Positions 28,797-36,159 of a stretch of DNA of 64,000 nucleotides are shown in pieces. The stretch is taken from contig DAOMFV010000001.1 in NCBI GenBank assembly GCA_035430005.1, positions 25,619 through 89,618 on the forward strand. The letters are read 5' to 3'. Both the position numbers and the translations under genes were made by a program. How positions within the stretch are numbered: position 1 is the first letter of the stretch; every line of letters starts with the position of its first letter. This DNA comes from Gemmatales bacterium. Its GTDB lineage: Bacteria > Planctomycetota > Planctomycetia > Gemmatales > HRBIN36. The notes beneath the pieces are model-generated. The model ran no database searches. It saw nothing but the letters and a program-made list of their open reading frames with translations, and was not told where the DNA came from.

Positions 28797-29939
28797 ATGC
28801 ATACCCTCTCACGCGATACGATCAAACAACTTGTTGAGCTATCCCACTCACCTGGCCTGATGCTGTCGTGTTATGTCAACTTGAAAGTGCAAGGAGCGTC
28901 CGAACGTCCTGGGATACTTAAAATCAAACACGCAGCCTCGCTACTGAAGCAGAGCATTCCTGAATCATTATCTGAACGGACAGAGTTCGAACAGAATATG
29001 AACAGGATCATCAAGGCCCTGGATGATCCAAGTCTTCACAACAATCATGCTATTGCAATCTTTACCGCCAAACAGAGGGATCAATTTATGATCGTTCCGT
29101 TGGGGATGCCCATCTTAACAGAACTCGTCAACAGTGATAGACCCTACCTGGTTCCGCTGCTGCAATGCCATTTTGCACAACAACGCGAGTATCTTGGGCT
29201 GACATTTGACAACGATCAGGCACGAATATTCCTGGCAAATGCCGGAACTGTCAAGCTGCTGAAACACTGGCATTCTGATGTTCCCACCAAACAGCACTCC
29301 TCCGGTGATCGCGGAGCCTGGTCCCAATCGAATATAGCTAGCCGTCGAGAAGAGATGCTTGATCGCCACCAAAAAGAGATGATCGATGGCTTCTCCAAGG
29401 CGCTGCAGGAACATCCACAAGCCGGTATTCTTCTGCTTGGGCACGAAGTGGAAGTGACTCAGTTGAAGAATAAGCTGCCTCCTCACTTGAGCGGTCGGCT
29501 AGTTCACACGGGGGTGTGTAACAACATGGATTCCGAGAAGTCGCAATCTAAGACCATCCTTGAGATCGTTCGGAAGCAGAATGTGCTTCATGCGCAGTCT
29601 CTGCTCAAAGAACTGAAACGACGCCAATCACTGAAGACGAGTTGTGCCGTCGGGCCAGCTGATGTACTGGCTGCGCTTGACACAGGAAGGTTAACACAAA
29701 AGGGCAGCTTACTTCTGGGGCCCGATCCAAAGGAGGACGCTTTCCTCTGCACGTCGTGCCGTCACCTGGCCTTGGACGAGGTCAAACAATGCCCGCGTTG
29801 TGGCAGTGGGTGCAAGTCCTGCAATTTGTGGGAAGAAATTCTCTTGAGAGCATTTCGCCATCAATGGAATGTAGTACCCGTCGATGGCTCAGAGGGCCTG
29901 ACGAAATCAGGCTTTATTGCAATGCTCCTTGAAGTCTAG
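28797..29939 (+). CDS. Bacterial eRF1/Pelota-like (baeRF-type) protein with C-terminal zinc ribbon, lacking GGQ
   Basis: The N-terminus LSRDTIKQLVELSHSPGLMLSCYVNL, the central ...GDRGAWSQSNIASRREE..., and the C-terminal GPADVLAALDTGRL...SLLL follow the three-domain eRF1 layout. A zinc ribbon CTSC...CPRCGSGCKSC follows. No GGQ tripeptide occurs anywhere. The start at 28797 was chosen from the conserved N-terminus and the promoter position. Confidence 0.6.
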   Translation: MHTLSRDTIKQLVELSHSPGLMLSCYVNLKVQGASERPGILKIKHAASLLKQSIPESLSERTEFEQNMNRIIKALDDPSLHNNHAIAIFTAKQRDQFMIVPLGMPILTELVNSDRPYLVPLLQCHFAQQREYLGLTFDNDQARIFLANAGTVKLLKHWHSDVPTKQHSSGDRGAWSQSNIASRREEMLDRHQKEMIDGFSKALQEHPQAGILLLGHEVEVTQLKNKLPPHLSGRLVHTGVCNNMDSEKSQSKTILEIVRKQNVLHAQSLLKELKRRQSLKTSCAVGPADVLAALDTGRLTQKGSLLLGPDPKEDAFLCTSCRHLALDEVKQCPRCGSGCKSCNLWEEILLRAFRHQWNVVPVDGSEGLTKSGFIAMLLEV

Positions 29940-30092
29940 CAGCCATTGACGGCACATTAGCAGTTACCAGCTTGGAAAGATTCTTTCCGAATCGCCTACG
30001 ATCCGAACCGATCACGCAGTCTGGCTCTTGCTTTTACATGTGATTTAATGCTGTATCGATGGTCATTTGATTCATTTCGACCATGCGGTAAT

Positions 30093-30108
30093 TGGCATGA
30101 CAACTGCT
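30093..30108 (+). promoter_or_regulatory. Sigma-54-type promoter (TGGCATgacaaCTGCT)
   Basis: GG-N10-GC spacing is exact. The -12 GC lies 42 nt upstream of the ATG at 30149. Both elements are identical to those of the 28738 site. Confidence 0.65.
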
Positions 30109-30148
30109 TTTCCTGTGTTGGATTCAAACCAGATCAAAGGACTCGTCC

Positions 30149-30478
30149 ATGACCAAAGCTACTCGTGAAAAGTATCGTCAACAGTTGCTCACACTGGCTA
30201 AAGAAGTCGGCAGAGAATCAGTACACCTCAAGGATGAGGCGGTTCATCCACTGGCCGAGTTGTCCGGACAATTTTCCGAAAAGCACAATGAGCAAGCTGA
30301 GTTGGGAGTAACCATTTCGCTTCTGAACAACGAAGAATCGCTCTCGTCGGAGATCAAAAGTGCCCTCCAACGAATTGACGACGGCACATTCGGAATATGC
30401 ATGAAGTGTCAAAAGTCCATCACCCAAGAGCGTCTTAATGCCATTCCCTATACACCTTACTGCATCCAATGTGCATAG
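30149..30478 (+). CDS. DksA/TraR-family C4 zinc-finger protein
   Basis: The C-terminus is LQRIDDGTFGICMKCQKSITQERLNAIPYTPYCIQCA (CxxC-x17-CxxC), preceded by a predicted helical region. AAAGGA lies upstream of the ATG. Confidence 0.8.
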   Translation: MTKATREKYRQQLLTLAKEVGRESVHLKDEAVHPLAELSGQFSEKHNEQAELGVTISLLNNEESLSSEIKSALQRIDDGTFGICMKCQKSITQERLNAIPYTPYCIQCA

Positions 30479-30511
30479 CTGAACCCGTAATTACCCAGGA
30501 CAGGTGCAGAC

Positions 30512-30736
30512 ATGTTAAAGCAATCGACTCCTCTTCTGATTCAGCTTTCATACCTCCAACAGAACATGAGGGAGCAATTGCGATTCCAGATTCAGAATCT
30601 CCGACTGGAGTTGCGTAACAACGAGATCGTCCTGCTCGGCCGTGCCAGGTCGTACTATCACAAGCAGCTTGCCCAGGAGCTGGTGATCAAGAGAAACTAT
30701 GCCGAGAAATTGGCAAATGAGATTCTGGTAACGTAA
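30512..30736 (+). CDS. Small BON-like domain protein
   Basis: LRLELRNNEIVLLGRARSYYHKQLAQELV...LANEILV fits the BON pattern (x-V-x-V-x-G-x-V-x-L-x-G-x-V...N-x-I-x-V). The gene is 33 nt downstream of the DksA-like gene. Confidence 0.45.
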   Translation: MLKQSTPLLIQLSYLQQNMREQLRFQIQNLRLELRNNEIVLLGRARSYYHKQLAQELVIKRNYAEKLANEILVT

Positions 30737-30744
30737 TCAACTGA

Positions 30745-31059
30745 TCAATAACGAGTTACATCTTGTCTAATCCCCGGCTGAATCGCAACAGGTTTACTGA
30801 TCTTGCTGGGAGGCTGATCATGGTTGCTATGATTATTTCGCTTGTCTAGGAGCATTCGGGCATTGACTTCATCCCAGGCACTCACCATTCCTCGGATTTC
30901 GAGGATACCCGTGAAACCGGCCTGATGCTCTCCTTCAAGCAGGCACTGAATCCCTTCAGATTCCGGCATGTTCTTGAGGATTTCTGCCTCGGCAAATTGG
31001 TTCGTGGAAAAGGCGATGACCGGTTCGTTCTTCACTGCGAGTCTCCTTAGCGGATTCAT
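30745..31059 (-). CDS. DUF2007-like small signal-transduction-fold protein
   Basis: VIAFSTNQFAEAEILKNMPESEGIQCLLEGEH...LEIRGMVSAWDEVNARMLL resembles the DUF2007 pattern. It is the last gene of the minus-strand stress operon. Confidence 0.4.
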   Translation of the reverse strand: MNPLRRLAVKNEPVIAFSTNQFAEAEILKNMPESEGIQCLLEGEHQAGFTGILEIRGMVSAWDEVNARMLLDKRNNHSNHDQPPSKISKPVAIQPGIRQDVTRY

Positions 31060-31610
31060 GTTTTGGATAAGGCCTTAAGCAGTTCTTCAGTCTTCGCTCT
31101 TCCGCCATGGCCCTTGCTTACGAGCGAGAAGGTGACAACGCCCTTGGTATTCACGCCAAAGGTTGCAGGGAAGACCGTTTCATTAGGAGCGGCCCAGCGT
31201 AAGCCATACTTAGCCGCAAAGCCGTAATCCGGGTCGGTGACAAGCCGAAAGTTGTTGGGCAGCATTTTGTCAGCAAGAAATTCACGTGCATGCTCGTCCA
31301 ATTTGCCCGCGGCACCAGGATAGATCAGGAGCACAGTTGCTCCGGCATCCATAAAACTGCTCGATTTACTAATCAAGTCAGCGACCTGTTTTTGGCATAT
31401 TTCACTTTGTGCTCCAGGGTAGCCTCGCAGAACAATGATGGCGACAGGACCTTTTTCATACAGAAGTGACAACTTAACCGAAGAGCCATCCAGCGTCTTG
31501 AGCTCAAAATCCTGAGCAGTTTCCCCGGTCAAGGGCGATTTGTCCCATTCAGGAAGAGTAGCTTGCAGGAAAAGCAGCCCGAGAACAAGCGATATGTGTG
31601 ACAAAGTCAT
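31056..31610 (-). CDS. Secreted redoxin/peroxiredoxin-like (AhpC/TSA family) protein
   Basis: The N-terminus is signal-like (MTLSHISLVLGLLFLQA). The thioredoxin-fold block is FELKTLDG...GPVAIIVLRGYPGAQSEICQKQV. The alternative start at 31637 would overlap the upstream gene by 11 nt and has no RBS. Confidence 0.6.
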   Translation of the reverse strand: MTLSHISLVLGLLFLQATLPEWDKSPLTGETAQDFELKTLDGSSVKLSLLYEKGPVAIIVLRGYPGAQSEICQKQVADLISKSSSFMDAGATVLLIYPGAAGKLDEHAREFLADKMLPNNFRLVTDPDYGFAAKYGLRWAAPNETVFPATFGVNTKGVVTFSLVSKGHGGRAKTEELLKALSKT

Positions 31611-31626
31611 GTACAAGATGCACCTC

Positions 31627-32739
31627 TCATGATCCATTTTTCTTGCGCATTGCCATGGCAGTGCGCACTCGTTCCGTTGCTAGGTCAACCGCAGCCTGGC
31701 GGGGTGAGATTCGTTCATCCCGTGAACGTGTAAAGACAGATCGGGTATTATCTCGGATTCGCTGCGCAATCATGTCGAATGCCAAAGACTGGGTGCCACC
31801 ATGAAATTCGACGGAAGCACAAATGACACCGCCTGCGTTAGCGATAAAATCGGGTACGACAAATACGCCTCGTTCCCGTAGAGTCGTTTCAGCAGCATGG
31901 GTAGCCGGGATATTGGCTCCTTGAAGAATCAGTTTCGCCTTGATCGACGCAACATTCCTTTCATTTATGCAGTCAGGCTTGGCTGCGGGGATCAAAATGT
32001 CGCAAGCTACGCCAAAGAGGTCCTTTGCCTCCATCTTCTTGCCGCCTGCGTAACTGGTAACCGTTCCAGTACGGTCCTTGGTCTGTATCAGTTTCTCGAT
32101 ATCGATGCCCTGGGCATCGTACACGGCACCCTTGCTATCGCTTGCTGCTACCAACCTCACCCCTAGCTCAGCAAGAAACTGCGCAGCGGGCCGTCCAACG
32201 TTGCCGAAACCTTCGATGCCGAGTGTTGCCCCTTTGAGCTTGAGCCCGGCAAATTCAGAAGCGACTTCCGCGCAACGTGCCAGTCCATAACCAGTCGCTC
32301 CAATCTTATCCAGAGGTATGCCACCCAGTACACTGGGAAGACCGACTGATCGGCCAATCTCATCCCAGATCAACCCCATGCACGTTTCATCGGTGCCCAT
32401 ATCAGGACCGGGAATGTAACTCGTTAACTCACGAATGCTACGAGCAAAGCTACGGACCAAGCTGGCTTTGTTCTTGCCCTTCGGATCGGCGATTAAGCCT
32501 GCCTTCCCTCCTCCGTGGGGCAACCCTGCGGCTGCATTTTTAAGTGTCATGGCCCGTGCCAGCCGATAGACTTCATCCACACTGACATCCACCGCCATCC
32601 GTACGCCCCCGATGGCAGGACCGCATGCGGTGTTGTCGATCACTACAAATCCCCGCATTTCCGTGTGAGGATCAAAAAGATGCACAATCTTCTCAGGACC
32701 AAGCACATCATAATATCTATCTAAGGCGGTCGTTGACAT
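31627..32739 (-). CDS. Glu/Leu/Phe/Val-family amino-acid dehydrogenase
   Basis: Contains the catalytic-Lys block AAAGLPHGGGKAGLIADP and the Rossmann motif GIEGFGNVGRPAA. The ATG at 32739 is preceded by GGAGA. The longer ORF start at 32910 overlaps the upstream gene. Confidence 0.85.
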   Translation of the reverse strand: MSTTALDRYYDVLGPEKIVHLFDPHTEMRGFVVIDNTACGPAIGGVRMAVDVSVDEVYRLARAMTLKNAAAGLPHGGGKAGLIADPKGKNKASLVRSFARSIRELTSYIPGPDMGTDETCMGLIWDEIGRSVGLPSVLGGIPLDKIGATGYGLARCAEVASEFAGLKLKGATLGIEGFGNVGRPAAQFLAELGVRLVAASDSKGAVYDAQGIDIEKLIQTKDRTGTVTSYAGGKKMEAKDLFGVACDILIPAAKPDCINERNVASIKAKLILQGANIPATHAAETTLRERGVFVVPDFIANAGGVICASVEFHGGTQSLAFDMIAQRIRDNTRSVFTRSRDERISPRQAAVDLATERVRTAMAMRKKNGS

Positions 32740-32780
32740 ATTGTCTCCAGAACACTTCACCGTGGCTCCCGGTCGAATGA

Positions 32781-33635
32781 TCAATGATAAAGGAACAGAG
32801 GCACTGGACTTTCCTTCAGCAGAGTGCGAGTAACCGATCCAAACAAGAAATCCCTGAGCTTGCCGTGACCGAAAACTCCCATCACGAGGATGGAAGGATC
32901 GCAAAGCCATGTCTGCTTGATAATGGCTTGAGCCGGATGATCCTTGCAGACCACGGCATGCACCATGAAGGGGCGATCATGCCAGGTGAGGAAATCGGCG
33001 GCTTGTTGAGCATGTTTTTCAGCCTCGCTATGGCTGGTTGCGATACTGACGATATGCACCTTCTTATCCTTGTCGATCCCTGAAGCTTCGAATGCTTGCA
33101 GCGCTCGCGCCGCTTCTGGGCTGCCATCGTAAGCCACCATAACACACTTGCTCTCTCGAATGCTGTTGGGAACAGTCACAACTGGCCTGGAGCAAAATCG
33201 TGCTACTTCTTTAAGCGTGGCATCCAGTTCTTCCGAGGAACCTCGATGGAAAAAGGTACGTCGCCCGAGCATCACCAGGTCGAAGCGCTGGGCCTGTGTC
33301 GTCAGTCGCTCAGCTGGTACGCCCAGGTCTTCCAGTAGCTTGCATGGCACCTGTCGCTCTGCACATTGAAGTGTGAACTGCTGAAGATATCGTTCCACAC
33401 GCCGCTGATCTTCGTGAAACAAACGTTGGTCCAGGCCGGACGCCTCAGCCAGTGGATCAAAGGGGGGCAGTCCTGGAACCATTTGGCTGGGCAAACGAGT
33501 TACCACTGCGGGCTCATCGACAATACCGATGCCCACCAGCATCGCATCAAGTTGTTTGGCCCAAAGCAAGCCAAGTTCCACGGCAGCATGGCTGAATGGA
33601 GAACCGTCCAGTCCTATGAGTATGCTCTTGACCAT
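32781..33635 (-). CDS. Tandem universal stress protein (two UspA domains)
   Basis: There are two USP units. The first is SILIGLDGS...LVMLGRR. The second is CVMVAYDGSPEA...ILVMGVFGHGKLRDFLFGSVTRTLLKESPVPLFLYH, carrying the ATP-binding G-x2-G-x9-G(S/T) motif. The start is ambiguous (33635 or 33710). Confidence 0.85.
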   Translation of the reverse strand: MVKSILIGLDGSPFSHAAVELGLLWAKQLDAMLVGIGIVDEPAVVTRLPSQMVPGLPPFDPLAEASGLDQRLFHEDQRRVERYLQQFTLQCAERQVPCKLLEDLGVPAERLTTQAQRFDLVMLGRRTFFHRGSSEELDATLKEVARFCSRPVVTVPNSIRESKCVMVAYDGSPEAARALQAFEASGIDKDKKVHIVSIATSHSEAEKHAQQAADFLTWHDRPFMVHAVVCKDHPAQAIIKQTWLCDPSILVMGVFGHGKLRDFLFGSVTRTLLKESPVPLFLYH

Positions 33636-33731
33636 TTCAGCCTCATCAAAGATCCGAAGAAAAGAATCCTCGGCAGCCTGACAGGTGCGATGAGCCATTT
33701 CGCCTGCCAAGGATTCAAAGTCGCCACCGTC

Positions 33732-34205
33732 TCACTTGGTTGACTGGATGGCAATGGGCTTGCCCCGAGCCGTCTCCACCTTGGGGATAGCCACCGTTAG
33801 CAAGCCGTTTTGGAACTTGGCCTCTGCCTTGTCCATGATGCATCCCTCAGGCAACGTGATCGAACGAAAGAGCGAAGAACGGCGTTCTTCCGAGCATTCC
33901 TTATCCTTCACTTCTGATTTGTGCTCTGCCTTCAGCACCAACTCGTTGCCTACCTGCTTCAAATCGATCTCTTTGGCATCGAACCCGGGTGCCTCGAATC
34001 GGGCAATCACCGAGTTGTCCTTCTCTTCCAAGTCCACGCCCCAGGAGGGCTTTTCGTTGTCGAAGAACGACACATCGCCGAAGAACCGCTGGAAGACTCG
34101 ATCCATCTCCTGACGAAACTGATTGAAGACAGGGAACCCGCTCCACTTCGCCAGTGAACCATTGCCGTTCAACTGTTGGGTCTTGCTGGGAATCATGCTA
34201 CTCAT
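33732..34205 (-). CDS. Hsp20/alpha-crystallin small heat-shock protein
   Basis: The alpha-crystallin core is VIARFEAPGFDAKEIDLKQVGNELVLKAEHK...FRSITLPEG...AKFQNGLLTVAIPK. Confidence 0.92.
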   Translation of the reverse strand: MSSMIPSKTQQLNGNGSLAKWSGFPVFNQFRQEMDRVFQRFFGDVSFFDNEKPSWGVDLEEKDNSVIARFEAPGFDAKEIDLKQVGNELVLKAEHKSEVKDKECSEERRSSLFRSITLPEGCIMDKAEAKFQNGLLTVAIPKVETARGKPIAIQSTK

Positions 34206-34266
34206 GGTCTTAGCTCCTTGTGATCAGGGTTTAGGTAAAGTGAAACTGTTGATATGGCGTGCGACA

Positions 34267-34719
34267 TCATCCCTTTACGTTTGACTCTGGGGACAATGGC
34301 ACAATAAGGACAGGGCAAGGAGCCCGCCGCAATACGTGGTCGGCTACGCTGCCAAGAAATAATCGCTTGAATCCAGTACGGCCATAAGTGCCCATCACGA
34401 TTAGATCAGCATGACAGGACTGTGCCTTGCTCACAATCGTTTCAACGGGTGTGCCCTCGATGAACATATCCTCGATCTTAAGACCAGACTTGCTTTCCAG
34501 TATTTGCCGAAGTTTCCGCCGTACATCCTCTTCTGAGACCATCTCATGAGGAATAACAGGAAGATCGCCTGTGCTGAGAGCTTCTATCATGTAGGCATGC
34601 AAGACCACGATCGTGGCGTTAGCTGACTCAGCGATTTGACAAGCCAGTTTCAACGCTTGCTCTGCATTAGGCGAGAAATCGGTCGGGTGCAAAATGATCT
34701 TTGGCGGCCAGGTTGTCAT
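34267..34719 (-). CDS. Universal stress protein (single UspA domain)
   Basis: Contains ILHPTDFS...LIVMGTYGRTGFKRLFLGSVADHVLRRAPCPVLIV. Confidence 0.9.
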   Translation of the reverse strand: MTTWPPKIILHPTDFSPNAEQALKLACQIAESANATIVVLHAYMIEALSTGDLPVIPHEMVSEEDVRRKLRQILESKSGLKIEDMFIEGTPVETIVSKAQSCHADLIVMGTYGRTGFKRLFLGSVADHVLRRAPCPVLIVPLSPESNVKG

Positions 34720-34754
34720 GGTTTAACTCGCAGCAGGTTAACGTGATGACTCAT

Positions 34755-34770
34755 TGCAGACCGAGTGCCA
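34755..34770 (-). promoter_or_regulatory. Sigma-54-type promoter (minus strand TGGCACtcggtCTGCA)
   Basis: GG-N10-GC spacing is exact. The -12 GC lies 37 nt upstream of the usp start codon at 34719. Confidence 0.65.
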
Positions 34771-34952
34771 AAGCTTAAAAATACGTCGGGAGTAGCCACC
34801 GTGCTGAATGGCAATTCAGATGTGTGAGAAGTCGAAATGCCTGCCGTCGAGAAAACTATTTGCTGGAAGTTAATTGCTTTCCATCATGGATAGAAACTTA
34901 CCGGCACAAGTCGGCTTCTCCGATAAAAACACTAGTAGATGGTATTCATGCA

Positions 34953-34968
34953 CGGCACGGAAACTGCC
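34953..34968 (+). promoter_or_regulatory. Sigma-54-type promoter (cGGCACggaaaCTGCC)
   Basis: GGCACG-N4-CTGC with exact spacing. The -12 GC lies 43 nt upstream of the ATG at 35010. Confidence 0.55.
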
Positions 34969-35009
34969 TTCTGGTAAGTAGGGAGGAACACCGAACTGGA
35001 GCACACATC

Positions 35010-35525
35010 ATGCCTGCCACATTACTTGGACAACCACTAGTTCTCTCTTCCGGCACTGTCGATATGGCCATGTCAGACAACCCTGTCTCCGTCTCTGATA
35101 TTGAGACAGCACAAGGCGTGGCTCAAGTGCTCATCGAGCATCGCATCAGCGCTGTCCCGATCATTAATGAAGCTGGGCATCCCGTAGGAGTTATCAGCCG
35201 TACAGACCTGGTCAATCACCTGGTGCAACTTCAGAGTCACGTTCGCACCCTGGAAGAGGACTGGTTTGAATGTGGGAATATCGTTGATGAAGAAATCATA
35301 AGGAGTCAACCCTGTCGGGCGGGTTCCTGGAGCAAGATCACCGCCAAAGCAATCATGAATACAAGATTGTTCACAGTTACACCTGAAGATTCTCTTGAGA
35401 TAGCTGTCGAACTCATATTGAAACACCACGTTCATCGGCTCTTCGTCGTTGATCATGACGGTGTTCTTGTTGGCATTATCAGTACCTTCGATATCCTAAA
35501 CCGACTTGAACGACGTTTCGAGTAG
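35010..35525 (+). CDS. CBS-domain pair protein
   Basis: There are two CBS units (VAQVLIEHRISAVPIINEAGHPVGVISRTDL and AVELILKHHVHRLFVVDHDGVLVGIISTFDIL). The ATG at 35010 has GGAG 9 nt upstream. The ORF part upstream of it has no domain content. Confidence 0.8.
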   Translation: MPATLLGQPLVLSSGTVDMAMSDNPVSVSDIETAQGVAQVLIEHRISAVPIINEAGHPVGVISRTDLVNHLVQLQSHVRTLEEDWFECGNIVDEEIIRSQPCRAGSWSKITAKAIMNTRLFTVTPEDSLEIAVELILKHHVHRLFVVDHDGVLVGIISTFDILNRLERRFE

Positions 35526-35712
35526 GGCTTTAAGCCATGAGCAGCATTGGATCGGCCAAGAAGTCCTGCGTTCTGGGGTAACCATGACACCAACGACTCC
35601 TTTGACTCACCCTGTGCTCATTGCAGTGGCCTGGTATCGCTCATGTGGGTATTAATGCTGGATTCTACATGATGTCCAAGTTGGGCATGTCCCTATCAAT
35701 GCCTAGAGCCTG

Positions 35713-36069
35713 TTATTGACTTCGGAAGGCAGCTTGTTTGATAATGATGGTGAGGAAGGCAAGCCAGTGCCACCCTTCGAGAACTTTGGCCAGTCGTTCG
35801 TAGTCGCGGGCCAAGTGTCTAAAACGGGCGAGCCAGCCAAAGGTACGTTCCACCACCCAGCGTCGTGGTAACAGCACAAAACCCTTCTTGGCTTCCGTGT
35901 GTTTAACGACTTCCAGACGGATGCCATGCTGACTGGCTTGTTGAGTTGCATCTTCACCGGTGTATCCTTGATCCACATAGGCCAGCGTCACTGTACCACC
36001 AGTGGCCTCTTGCACCTGGGACGCCAATTCAGCCACTTGGGCTCGCTCTTGTTCGTTAGCTGCTGTCAC
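35713..36069 (-). pseudogene. IS5-family DDE transposase, C-terminal fragment only
   Basis: Contains YVDQGYTG (second Asp region) and LLPRRWVVERTFGWLARFRHLARDYE (Glu region). The N-terminal half with the first catalytic Asp is absent and no terminal inverted repeats were identified. Confidence 0.75.
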
Positions 36070-36159
36070 CTTTAAAGCCAGCAGATTTGCCGAGAAGCTA
36101 TTTCACTCCCTGCTGATTTCTGGACATCAGCTACAAGCGGCACTACGCTCCCGTCATGC

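Noticed and set aside
34864-34878. TGGAAGttaatTGCT in the usp/CBS divergent region.
   Set aside because: The spacing is one nucleotide short and the -24 element is poor. The site at 34953 fits better and lies at the same distance from the ATG as the other promoters.
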